A stretch of 64,000 nucleotides of DNA from Raja brachyura. Lineage: Eukaryota. The position numbers and the translations under genes are program-made. Within the stretch, counting starts at the first letter, position 1. The number at the start of each line of letters is the position of its first letter. The notes beneath the pieces were generated by a model that worked only from the letters and a program-made list of their open reading frames with translations, searched no databases and was not told where the DNA came from. Positions 35,385-47,943 of this stretch are shown one piece after another. The stretch lies in the NCBI GenBank assembly GCA_963514005.1, contig OY740783.1, positions 133,486,001 to 133,550,000 of the forward strand, in the 5' to 3' direction.

Positions 35385-38300
35385 TGATTCTGTTTGAACA
35401 CAGTTTGGAACGGTTATGGCACCAGATTCAGACTGCCAAGCTCGAGAGAAAATGTTTGAATTTGGCATTTTTGGGCATGGAAAATTCATTTGCATTTTAC
35501 CACATATTCTTATTTCGAGTGCTTTTGATTTCTTTTGTGTTCAAGTGTCGATAGTAAATTTAGTGAAAGCATATTTCCAAGATGTCCGAATGTGCTTTGG
35601 TACAGCAAACCTTCCGACAGCCTGGCAGAGACCACTGGTGGGCATTATAGCAGGGTGTGCTATATGCCCATTAGTGTTTACAGTGACGATGGAGCTAGTG
35701 ATTAGAGCACCGCGGTGGATCATCGGCGGGAGAGTCGTCAGGCCGCACTACAATCTGGGCCTATATGGGTGATATGACCATGGTGACCACAATAGTAGCT
35801 TATACAAGAATGTTATTGGAGAAGATAAATTACAATCTTAAATTGGCTCTAATGAAGATTAAGCCCAGTAAGTCACTGAATATTTATTTTGCAAGAGGGA
35901 AGGTAGTAGAGAAAATGTTTTTGCAGATGAAGGAGACATGATGGAGAAACCAGTTAGAAGTTTCTGTAGGTGGTATAATAGGAAGTTGGATGAACTGAAC
36001 AGGTTCAGCAACTGAGAAAATATGTTACTGATGGGTTGGAAAGGATAGAGATGTCAGGGCTTCCAGGCTAGTTGAAGTTGTGGTATTTGCAGTTTGGGCT
36101 ATTTCCTCAGTTGATGTGGCCATTGACAGCATATGAGGTGCCAATTCCCTAAGGGAAAAGGTTAGAGAGATTGATTAGTTCAAATATTAAGAAATGGTTA
36201 GGAGTTCCACGGTGTCTGAGTAATGTGGCTTTATATGGGAAAGGTATTCTCCATTTGCCATTGTCTAGCCTAACAGAGAAGTTTAAGTGTGCTAAGGTGC
36301 AGCTATCGTTGTAATTATCAGGGAGCAAGGATGACTTTGTTAGTAATGTGGTGCCAAGTATAACCAGTGGGAAGATGTGGAACTCAAAGCAGGCAGTAGA
36401 AGAAGCACAAGCAGCTCTGAGGCATACAGACATTGTTGGTAGGGTGCAGCAAGGGATGGGAGGGTTAGGGCTCAACACATTTAGACCAATGTGGAGAAAG
36501 GCAGGTCCAACAGAGAGGAGGAAATTGGTTGTGGAGCAGATATGTCGTCAGGAGAAATCAGCGAGGTGTACAAGGTAGTAGCTCAGGTTAAGCAGGGGCA
36601 GTGGATGAATTGGGTAAGTGTAGAAAAGAGGACATTTAGCTGGAGGGGCCTGTGGTGTATGGAGAACGGTCATGTCCATTTCTTTGTAGATGGCGGCACA
36701 TATTTATGGGGTGCTGCCATCACCGCAGAACCTCAAACAATCGATAGGTGGGGCCTCGGCATGTCCTTGTGTTCAGAGGTGGCAACGTTGAGGCATCTTT
36801 TGTCAGAATGTGGAACTAGTCTTTCTCAGGGTCGATATATTTGGCGGCATAACCAGGTCTTAGAAACATAGAAACATAGAAAATAGGTGCAGGAGTAGGC
36901 CATTCGGCCCTTCGAGCCTGCACCGCCATTCAATGTGATCATGGCTGATCATCCAACTCAGTATCCCGTACCTGCCTTCTCTCCATACCCCCTGATCCTT
37001 TTAGCCACAAGTGCCACATCTAACGCCCTCTTAAATATAGCCAATGAACTGGCCTCAACTACCTTCTGTGGCAGAGAATTCCAGAGACTCACCACTCTCT
37101 GTGTAAAGAATGTTTTCCTCATTTCGGTCCTAAAGGAATTCCCCCTTATCCTTAGACTGTGACCCCTTGTTCTGGACTCCCCCAACATCGGGAACAATCT
37201 TCCAGCATCTAGCTTGTCCAACCCCTTAAGAATTTTGTAGGTTTCTATAAGATCCCCCCTCAATCTTCTAAATTCCATCGAGTACAAACCGAGTCTATCC
37301 AATCTTTCCTCATATGAAAGTCCTGACATCCCAGGAATAAGTCTGGTGAATCTTCTCTGTACCCCCTCTATGGCAAGGATGTCTTTCCTCAGATTTGGAG
37401 ACCAAAACTGTACGCAGTACTCCAGGTGTGGCCTCACCAAAACCCTGTACAACTGCAGTAGAACCTCCCTGCTCCTATACTCAAATCCTTTCGCTATGAA
37501 TGCTAACATACCATTTGCTTTCTTCACTGCCTGCTGCACCTGCATGCCTACTTTCAATGACTGGCGTACCATGACACCCAGGTCTCGTTGCATCTCCCCC
37601 TTACCTAATCTGCCACCATTCAGATAATAGTCTACCCTCATGTTTTTGCCGCCAAAGTCGATAACCTCACATTTATCCACATTGTACTGCATCTGCCATG
37701 CATCTGCCCATTCACTCAGCCTATCCAAATCACCCTGCAGCCTCCAAGCATCCTCCTCACACCTAACTATACCCCCCAGCTTGGTATCATCTGCAAATTT
37801 GGAGATGTTGCATTGAATTCCCTCGTCCAAATCATTAATATATATTGTAAATAGCTGGGGTCCCAGCACTGAGCCTTGCGGCACCCCACTAGTCACTGCC
37901 TGCCATTCTGAAAAGGACCCGTTTACTCCTACCCTTTGCCTCCTGTCTGCTAGCCAGTTCTCTATCCACATCAATACTGAACCCCCAATACCGTGTGCTT
38001 TAAGTTTGTATGCTAATCTCTTATGCGGGACCTTGTCGAAAGCCTTCTGAAAGTCTAGATATAACACATCCACTGGTTCTCCCTTATCCACTCTACTAGT
38101 TACATCCTCGAAAAATTCTATCAGATTTGTCAGACATGATTTACCTTTCGTAAATCCATGCTGACTTTGTCCAATGATTTCACCACTTTCCAAATGCGCT
38201 GCTATCCCATCTTTAATAACTGACTCTAGCAGTTTCCCCACTACCGATGTTAGACTAACTGGTCTGTAATTCCCCGCTTTCTCTCTCCCTCCTTTTTTAA

Positions 38301-39740
38301 AAAGTGGGGTTACATTAGCTACCCTCCAATCCTCAGGAACTACTCCAGAATCTAAGGAATTTTGAAAAATTATCACTAATGCATCCACTATTTCTGTGGC
38401 TACCTCCTTGAGTACTCTGGGATGCAGACTATCTGGCCCTGGGGATTTATCGGACTTCAATCCGTTCAATTTACCCAACACCACCTCCCGGCTAACCTGG
38501 ATTTCACTCAGTTCCTCCATCTTATTTGACCCCCGTTCCACTGCTATTTCCGGCAGATTATTTATGTCTTCCTTAGTGAAGACAGAACCAAAGTAGTTAT
38601 TCAATTGGTCTGCCATGTCCTTGTTCCCCATGATCAATTCACCTGTTTCTGACTGCAAGGGACCAACATTTGTTTTAACTAGTCTCTTTCTCTTTACATA
38701 TCTATAAAAACTTTTGCAGTCAGTTTTTATGTTCCCTGCCAGTTTCCTTTCATAATCTATTTTCCCTTTCCTAATTAAGCCCTTTGTCCTCCTCTGCTGG
38801 ATTCTGAATTTCTCCCAGTCCTCCGGTAGGCTGCTTGAAGTGCATAGCATAGTCTTGAAGTGCATAGCTGCGGCAATTGAGAGGAGAAGAGCACAAGTGA
38901 ATGCAGTAGGCATCAGGACTGTGATGGTAGCGATTCATTTTGTTCGTGAGAGAGCGAAAGGTAGAGGAGGGAAGTTTTCAGACAGGTATGACTCAGGCCA
39001 GTTATGAGGAGCCAATGATTGGGAGATGCAGGTAGATTTGGAAAAATGATTACTAGTTTGAGGCCTGATATCGTGTTATGGTCAGTTCGTCAACCGATAG
39101 TGTCTATCATAGACATGACAGTGCCTTGGGAAAACTTTATGGATGAGGCTTATGAAAGGAAAAAACTTAGATATGTAACTTGGCAGCTGAGTTCGAGCAG
39201 CGAGGATGGAGAGCAAGACTGCGTCCGGTAGAGGTAGGTTGCAGAAGTTTCAAAATTAGATCGACCACGTCGCTATTTGGAGAGCTGGGAATTCGTGGAC
39301 AAAGTTTGCGTCAGGCAGTAAAACAGACATCGGAGGCCGCAGAGCAAGGCAGTAGGTGAATTGATGGAGAAGAAATAGTGTCAGTTGTGGACAGAAAGAA
39401 AACGCATGACATGCAATATGTGTATTTCTTTGTAATTGATGTCTTAGTAAGTGTATCCCGGTCTTATACAAGCGTGATATTTGTGGTGTTACAAGTTTAA
39501 TGATGGCTAGGATTAGTGGAAGAAAGGATGCAGGTGCTGAGAATTTGTTAGAGTGAGCTAACTGGCTGTTGCGTCATTTATTTAGTAGATACTGGCAGCA
39601 TAGGTGGTGAGAGCAGGTATTGAGGGGGGTTGTTCCGGGATGCCAGAACCAGATGTTGAGCCTTTCCTCGGTTTCTCAGGCCTATCGCAACGAAACACCA
39701 GTGAAGGGAGGTGCCCGCTTGATAACATTAATGATATACT
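35385..39740 (+). mobile_element. Hero-clade (R2/NeSL group) non-LTR retrotransposon remnant, RT + RLE, interrupted by CR1 at 36862-38851
   Basis: LWHQIQTAK, WQRPLVGIIAGCAICPLVF, AYMGDM (YMDD position), KIKPSKS, KKWLGVPRCLS, knuckle LCSEVATLRHLLSEC, YIWRHNQVL|KCIAAAIE and endonuclease TSLRPDIVLWS...DMTVPWE...ERKKLRY...PVEVGCR. Confidence 0.88.
36862..38836 (-). mobile_element. 5'-truncated young CR1, near-identical to 25111-27085
   Basis: Open RT frame differing from ORF2 at 23915-26989 by about five residues; GTCTT duplication at 36857-36861 and 38852-38856. Confidence 0.95.
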
Positions 39741-40279
39741 TGCATCTATATGACTAGTTTTTGTTAAGAGCTAGTTAACATGCAGGTAGCTGTTTTTTTT
39801 GCAATTGAGTAATTTATTGACCTTGGCATTTGTTGATATATTCAGTTAGATCATTAGATCATACTTTAGCCCCGGGCTTGGTTTTCTTATTTGAGCCCAT
39901 ATCCTGGAGTTATAACATAAATATTTTGTATTTTAATTCCAACGGACAGCAAATCGGCATGGTGTTCTGGGGACCTCTGCAGTAAAAATGATGACAGGGC
40001 TCATTGTAATAGGGCCTAGTGCAATTTAAACAGTAGGTAGATCTGTTGTAATATTATCAGTGAATTCTCCGGGTCTGATGGGAATCAGTGTAACATGAAG
40101 ATTGACTGTGGCTGGTCTTGGAATTATATGGTCAACTGTAACACGAACAGTGACAGGGATTCTTATGAAAGCATCAAGTGTAATATGAGCTGTGACTTAG
40201 CCTGGTGGTACAAGTGAAATATAACTTGTGATTGTAACTAGTCTGATGTGAAATGAGCACTGAATTGGCTTTGTGGTAT

Positions 40280-41467
40280 AGAAACATAGAAACATAGAAA
40301 ACAGGTACAGGAGTAGGCCATTCAGCCCTTCGAGCCTACACCGCCATTCAATATGATCATTGCTGATCATCCAACTCAGTATCCCGTACCTGCCTTCTCT
40401 CCATACCCCCTGATCCCTTTAGCCACAAGGGCCACATCTAACTCCGTCTTAAATGTAGCCAACAAACTGGCCTCAACTACCTTCTGTGGCAGAGAATTCC
40501 AGAGATTCACCACTCTCTGTGTGAAAAATGTTTTTCTCATCTCGGTCCTAAAAGATTTCCCCCTAATCCTTAAACTGTGACCCCTTGTTCTGGACTTCCC
40601 CAACATCGGGAACAATCTTCCTGCATCTAGCCTGTCCAACCCCTTAAGGATTTTGTAATTTCTATAAGATCCCCCCTCAATCTTCTAAATTCTAGCGAGT
40701 ACAAGCCAAGTCTATCCAGTCTTTCTTCATATGAAAGTCCTGACATCTCAGGAATCAGTCTGGTGAACCTTCTCTGTACTCCAGAGAATGTCATATCGCA
40801 AGAACGTATTTCCTCAGATTTGGAGACCATAACTGTACGCAATACTCCAGATGTGGTCTCACCAAGACCCTGTAGAACTGCCGTAGAACCTCCCTACTCC
40901 TATACTCAAATCATTTTGCTATGAATGCTAACATACTATTCGCTTTCTTCACTGCCTGCTGCACCTGCATGCCTACTTTCAATGACTGGTGTACCATGAC
41001 ACCCAGGTCTCGTTGCATCTCCTCTTTTCCTAAGCGGCCACCATTCAAATAATAGTCAACTTTCCTGTTTTTGCCACCAAAGTGGATAACCTCACATTTA
41101 TCCACATTGTACTGCATCTGCCATGCATTTGCCCACTCAACCAGCCCATCCAAGTCACCTTGCAGCCTCCTAGCATCCTCCTCACAGTTAACACTGCCCC
41201 CCAGCTTCGTGTCACAAACTTGGAGATGTTGCATTCAATTCCCTCGTCCAAATCATTAATATATATTGTAAATAGCTGGGGTCCCAGCACTGAGCCTTGC
41301 GGCACCCCACTAGTCACTGCCTGCCATCCTGAAAAGGACCCGTTGACTCCTACTCTTTGCTTCCTGACTGCCAGCCAGTTCTCTACCCACATCAATACTG
41401 AACCCCCAATACCGTGTGCTTTAAGTTTGTATACTAATCGCTTGTGTGGGACCTTGTCTAAAGCCTT
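40280..41467 (-). mobile_element. 5'-truncated CR1
   Basis: [11 protein letters not shown]...[10 protein letters not shown] through to YGEKAGTGY; (TTTCTATG)n tail. Confidence 0.92.
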
Positions 41468-42037
41468 GGTCGCACTGTATATATTGCACTGTTTGCTGAG
41501 CAATGACTTTATGGCATTGAGTGCAATATCAAGGAATGATCGGACCTGATAATGCACGGTCCTCCGTACTGTGAAGTCACTTGTGTTATAGCTGTGGAAT
41601 ATAGTTTTAGATGAACAATGATTCAGTGTTTATCCACGCTGGAGTAATATAATTAGTGATGAGACCGTTACAATGAGGTCAAATGTAAACTGAACAGGCT
41701 GCAGACCTGATCTATTGAATACACAGGGAAATAAAGAGCGACTGGATTTGGTGTAATAAGGTTAGCGTGATCTGTACTCTGATCTGGGGAGATGTTCCGG
41801 AGTCCATTCAATAGCAGCAAATGCGTCATCCAATGCAGAGGTGCGGTTGGATTGTAAGCAGCTTTTAAGTTGGTGTAATGGGAGGTGTGGTGTGAACAGG
41901 CACTGGGCCTAGCGTTATGATGTCCTGTGTAAACAGTACAAAGTCTGAACGCATTATCGATGTAGGCGCATAATTTTCCGTTGCAAATATAACGCATCAG
42001 TGAATAACCCAGGTGAAATCTTGACATCCTTCACATC

Positions 42038-42337
42038 ATAGAATCATAGAATCATAGAAAATAGGTGCAGAAGTAGGCCATTCGGCCCTTCGAGCCTCCA
42101 CCGCCATTCAATATGATCATTGCTGATCATCCAACTCAGTATCCTGTACCTGCCTTCTCTCCATACCCCCTGATCCCTTTAGCCACAAAGGCCACATCTA
42201 ACTCCCTCTTAAATATAGCCAATGAACTGGCTTCAACTACCTTCTGTGGCAGAGAATTCCACAAGACTCACCACTCTCTGTGTGAATAACGATCTTCTCA
42301 TCACGGTCCTAAAAGACTTCCCCCTTATCCTTAAATC
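42038..42337 (-). mobile_element. Short CR1 3' fragment with 14-bp TSD
   Basis: ACATCCTTCACATC at 42024-42037 and 42338-42351; (ATTCTATG)n tail. Confidence 0.9.
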
Positions 42338-43159
42338 ACATCCTTCACATCGGGCTGGACCGGTGTAACACACACATACACGGAAATACGAGCAATCGAG
42401 GGTAGTTTACCTAAAGCTGCGATCAAAAATAAACCTGCTGTAGATGCTGCATGTCATAAATAAATCAGATAATGTGCAGACACTCGGCACATCAGGCAGC
42501 TTCTGTGGAGACAGAATTTCACAAACACAAACCTTTTTTTCACCCAGTTTCATTGCACCTGGGAGGTCTTAACTTCCACTACCTGCAACCTCCGGCAACC
42601 ACCTTCAACCAGCATCGCATCCGGCTTCTACTAAAAAATTACCGATTTTTTAAACGGCACACTATTTTTAGTCGCGGCCGGTTTTGAATTGTTTGAAATA
42701 ATTCTAAGGTGCATAGAAGAAGCGGAAACCACTTTAGACCATTAGGGAGACTGACAAAAACCTCCGGGAACCTCCGGGGGTGTTCGACGGGCAATTCCTC
42801 TACTGGACAGTGGTATCGACATAATGTTTTCGGAAAAGTGGGCCGTTTCAAAACGAAAGAGGAACATGATTCAGTTTTACCTTAAGGTGGGAAGCAAATC
42901 TATTTGGTCTGAAATTAGAGCATACAGCATTCAGCACAAAAATCAGTGAGTACTTTCACTATCGATAGCAAAATAACAGATTGTGAAACTACATCAAATG
43001 CTTTGCAGTGAAGTGCATTATTTGCAACAAATCTGTGTATATACGACATAACAACACAATTAACCTAATCCTAGATGGCCGTTGGCATTGAATGAAAGTA
43101 AAATACTGTAAAGTTCAATACATTCATATTGGTGCACGTTCTTCTCATTTGCTCACACC

Positions 43160-43480
43160 AATCTTCGCTCTCTTTCACCCTTCTCTCTCCCTCTGTCTCT
43201 CTCTCTATCCCTCTCTCCATCTATGCCACCACCCCTACTGCCGTCCCTTTCTCCACTCCTCCAATCCTCTCCCCCCAGTCTACTTGCCTTTACTCCATCC
43301 AATCTTGTGACCGGCTCTTTCCCCGCTACTATGCCAACCTCTCATTGTTCCAAATCTCTCTACCCCCCGCCCCCCCCCTATTTCTGTCATTGCACTTTCA
43401 AAGCCCTCACTCCCCCACTCACTTCACCAGCCCTCTCCCTCCCCAGTCCTCCGCTCTTTCCCCCCACTCTCCCTGCCTTC
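43160..43480. repeat. CT-rich low-complexity tract
   Basis: Pyrimidine-rich plus strand. Confidence 0.8.
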
Positions 43481-44330
43481 CTCGACTTCCTCATCCACAG
43501 ACCTCATACTTCTTCTTCATTAACAATCAGTACGGGGGCACCTCAAGGCTGCGTGCTGCCCCCCTGCTCTACTCACTCCATACTCATGACTGTGTAGCCA
43601 GACACAGTGCAAACTCCCGATTCAAGTTCGCCGACGGTACCACCATTGTTGGTTGAATTACAGATGGCGACGAGTCAGAACTTAAAAAGTGAGATGGATC
43701 AATTTGACCAAATGGTGACAGCACAACAACCTGGCTCTCAATAGCAGTAAAACTAATGAACTGCTTGTGGACTTTGGAAGAGGAAAGATGAGGACCCACG
43801 ATCCTGTTTATATCAACGGAACGATGGTGGAGAGAGTCAAAAACGTCAAATTCCTGGGCGTTTTTCATATTTCCGAAGATCTTTCCTAGAGCCAGCACAC
43901 TGATTAAATTATAAATAAAGCACATCGACGCCTCTACTTCCCGAATACATTACAGAGATTCGGAATGTCAGAGGAGAATATCTTGAACCTACAGGAGAGA
44001 GAATATTTACTGGTTGCATTACAGCCTGGTTCGGCAACTTGAACGACCGGGAGCGAAAAATCCCCCAGAATGTGGTGAACACTGCCCAGTCCATCACCGG
44101 CTCTGACCTCCCCACCATCGAAAGGGTTTATCGGAATCGCTGCCTCAAAAATGCCACCAGCATCATCAGAGACCTACACCACCCTGGCCACACACTGATC
44201 TCAGCCCTACCATCGGGAAGAAGGTACAGGAGCCTGAAAACTGTAACGTCCAGGTTCAGGAACAGCTTCTTCCCTAGATCTATCAGGCTTTAACCACCAC
44301 AACCTCAAATATGCTCTGAATCTCAATAGG
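43480..44330 (+). mobile_element. Rex/Babar-type LINE RT and 3' end
   Basis: LDFLIHRP, TISTGAPQGCVL, HTHDCVARHS...KFADGTTIVG, DLHHPGH...LPSGRRYRSLKTVTSRFRNSFFP. Confidence 0.85.
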
Positions 44331-44332
<2 letters not shown>

Positions 44333-44377
<45 letters not shown>

Positions 44378-44444
44378 TAATAATAAGATATTGTATTAAT
44401 ATAATAATGTTATTTAATAATAATAATTATTATTATTATTATTA
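44333..44444. repeat. (AAT)n/(TAT)n microsatellite
   Basis: Direct reading. Confidence 0.95.
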
Positions 44445-44445
44445 C

Positions 44446-45142
44446 ACAATAGACAATAGACAACAGGTGCAGGAGGAGGCCATTTGGCCCTTCGAGCCAG
44501 CATCTCCATTCAATGTGATCATGGCTGATCATCCCCAATCAGTACTCCGTTCTTGCCTTCTCTCCATATTCCCTGACTCGGTAATTTTTAATAGCCCTAT
44601 CCAGCTCTCTCTTGAAAGCATCTAGAGCACCTGCCTCCACCACCGTCTGAGGTAGAGCATTCCATAGACTCACCACTCTCTGTGAGACAAAGTGTTTCCT
44701 CGTCTCCGTTCTAAATGGCTTACTCCTTATTCTTAAACTGTGGCCCCTGGTTCTGGACTCCCCCAAAATCGGGAACATGTTTCCTGCCTCTGGTGTTTCC
44801 AAGCCCTTAACAATCTTATATGTTTCAATTAGATCTCCTCTCATCCTTCTAAACTCCAGAGTGTACAAGCCCAGCTGCTCCATTCTCTCAGTACATGACA
44901 GTCCCGCCATCCCGGGAATTAACATTGTAAACCTACGCTGCACTCCCTCAATAGCAAGAATTTCCTTCCTCAAATTAGGGGACCAAAACTTCACACAATA
45001 CTCCAGGTGTGGTCTCAATGGGCCTTTGTACAACTGCAGAAGGACCTCTTTGCTCCTATATTCGATTTATCTTGTTATAAAGGCCAACATGACATTCGCT
45101 TTCTTCACTGCCTGCTGTACCTGCATGCTTACCTGCATGCTT
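44446..45142 (-). mobile_element. 5'-truncated CR1, (TTGTCTA)n tail
   Basis: RPHLEYCVKFWSP...YGEKARTEY; ACAATAGACAATAGACAA on the plus strand. Confidence 0.9.
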
Positions 45143-45588
45143 AGTTTCATTTCATTACTACTGTTATTATTATTAAAATAATAAACGAAAGTGAAAATAA
45201 AGTTCAGTGTGTAAATATACACATACTCACAAGTACACATGTACACACTCACACATGTGTGTGTAGGAGAGAACTGCAGATGCTCGTTTACATCGAAGGT
45301 AGACACAAAATGCTGGAGTAACTCAGCGGCACAGGCAGCATCTCTGGAGAAAAGGAATGGGTGACGTTTAGGGTCGAGAACCTTCTTCTATATATACATA
45401 TACGTCACATGCACGCACACACGCACACACAAAAAACAAACAATGGTAGTATAATTATAATTATTATAATAATTATTATTATTACACTATTGCTTATTGT
45501 TGTGAATACGTGCGTGTGTGTGTATGTGTGTATGTATATATAGGAAGTACACACACATATGTGTGTGTGTACATGTGTACTTGTGAGT

Positions 45589-47044
45589 CAGGCACGTGCC
45601 GTCAGGGTAGGCAAGGTAGGCACTGCCTGCCCTGACTAAAATTATAACATAGTCATTACTAAATAAAAATAGTAAAGGCATGGGAGAATTATGCCTATGT
45701 AAGAGACCGATCTCTTAGAGATCGGTCTCTTACATAATTCTCCGTGCCTTTCATCCGTGCATAATTCTCCGTGCCTTTCATCCGCAGCGTTTGTAACACG
45801 GGAAGCTCTGTGCAGCCACGTGCCGTCAGCGCTGCCTGAAGCCGTCAATTTCAAGCGGGGCTGAAGGCAGCTGAAATTCTGCCTTTGCAGCCCTGCGCAT
45901 GCGCATCAGTCTACTGCGCATGCGCAGCGCAAGTTTCTTGGCGGGGTTTTCAAATATGGTTTGTCAATATTTTAAGTGTATGTTAGGTAACAAAAAGAGA
46001 AGAATGGAGCTCTTGTACCAACGATGTGGTAAGTACATTTCTTGGTGATGTTTATAAATACCGTATTTCCCGGGGTGTGGGGTTGGGGGGGAGAGTTGCT
46101 TTCCGAGCGTTTGGGGAATCTGGCCCCGGGTAAAGTTGCAGGGAGGGCACAAATGTTATGAAGGTTGGGATTGGGATAATGCCACTTGCGACGCTCCTGA
46201 ATGCCACCGCATTGAGGCCCGGGGGGGGGGGGTGGGGAGAGAAGTAGCTCGGGTGGCTGAGCGGCCGCCGGGCCGGACAGCGGAACCAGCCGCCCCCTTA
46301 GCTCCTTCTGCCGGTCCCCGCTCACATCTGGCAGCCCTCCGTCTAAAAACCTCTCTCCTGCCGCTCGCTGGCCTCACTCATGTCCTTAAATTCCGACAGC
46401 GAATTACTCGGCTGTGGGAATTTAAGGATTTGCAGGAAACCGCTGACATGAGCGAAGTGGGCGAACGGCAGGTGACAGGTGTTCCGACGGAGAGCACTGC
46501 AAAGGTGAGCGGGCCGGCAGAAGGCGCTGAAGTGGCGGCCAGTTCTGCTGTCAGGTCCCGGTGGCTGCTCGCAGCTCCCTGAGCTGCTTCTATCCCCAGC
46601 TACAGTGCGTGGCTTCACGCCCGGAGAGCAGCGGTAGCGGTGAGTGAGTGAGTTACTGGCAGTATCCCTGACACCCTCCTTCTCAACACTCGTGCCCTCC
46701 CCACAACTTTACCCCTGACACACACTCTCCACATGCTGTGAAAGGAACTGTTCCCCCAATTGGTCCCTTGAACAAGTGTTGTCATTCAATAAGATGACAA
46801 CTGATTCAACTATTCCCTGTACGTTTTTCCCATCATCTCTCCATCTGCCATCACCCTTCACCCCCCCCCCCCCCCCCCCAATTCAGTAATTCAGAATAAT
46901 GGAGACTGGGAAGCCTTGGGCAAATTGAATTGACACGTTTTATTTATTTATTTAACGGAGAGAACAATCTGCGCATGCGCGGTTTATATTTTTTTTAAGC
47001 GGACTGCGTGCCTACCCTGAGTAATTACTCACGGCACGTGCCTG
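45589..47044 (+). mobile_element. Non-autonomous hAT-type DNA transposon, copy B
   Basis: 14-bp TIRs CAGGCACGTGCCGT; exact 8-bp TSD TTGTGAGT at 45581-45588 and 47045-47052. Confidence 0.92.
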
Positions 47045-47943
47045 TTGTGAGTATGTGTATATTTACACACTGAACTGTATTTCTCTTTCGTTTATTATAC
47101 TGTTTACTGTGTACTATATTCACATATTCTGGCGTACTGCATCCAGTAAGAATGTCATAGCTGTATCTGGGACATATGACAATAAAACGCTCTGGACTCT
47201 TCTCTCCCCACTCCTCCGTCGCTTTCTCGTCCCAATCTGCAGATCCCTTTTCTGCTCCTACTCCGGTCGGCTCTCTCTCCATTCGTCCAGCAGGAATACT
47301 CCCAGGTCCACCAGCACCAATTCTTCACACCCCTCTCGCTCTCTCCCCATCCACCAGTCCCTCATTTCCCTCCCCGTCTCTATATACACCGCGCGCACTT
47401 GGCCCTTGTCTTCTCTCCCACTCTCTCCCCCACAGGTGGGCGATGCACAATGACCAGAAAATCAGTGCCTCGGAGAAACCGCTCCGAGACCTGTGCTACA
47501 TTTATTTGTATTAAAGAATCACAAGCTGAGGATCTTCCAGTCACGTCTTAATTATACAGACCGAACAAAAGAACTACAAACCCGCGGCACATATGATGTG
47601 TGTAGTTGGCGAGAAGGGGTGCGCACTGCCCAACATTGGAAATAAAAAGAGAAACAGGAGGTGCTGAAGTGTTGGTGTGGTGTAGATTAAATCGATCTCG
47701 TAATATGTAAGCCCAGCGGCGGGGATTTCGAGGTGGACCACCCTCAGGAGGGAGATCCGACAATGCCCCCTGGCGAAGTGCTCAGCAGCCACACAACGCA
47801 GTATCCAGATTCAGGGACAGTGTCTATTCAGCTGTTTACCGGCAACTGAACCATCCTCTCGCAAGCAAAGTCTTCACCTTTCATCTACCTCAATGGAGGC
47901 ATTCGAACTGTCTTCAAGCGGACTTTATCGGAGTTACCGCAAA

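Noticed and set aside
36958-38913. 651-aa RT with a signal-peptide-like N-terminus as a domesticated gene
   Set aside because: The first ~25 residues are antisense Hero sequence plus junction filler fused by chance to a truncated CR1.
42520-42860. Possible DNA transposon fragment
   Set aside because: No TIR pair or TSD could be established.
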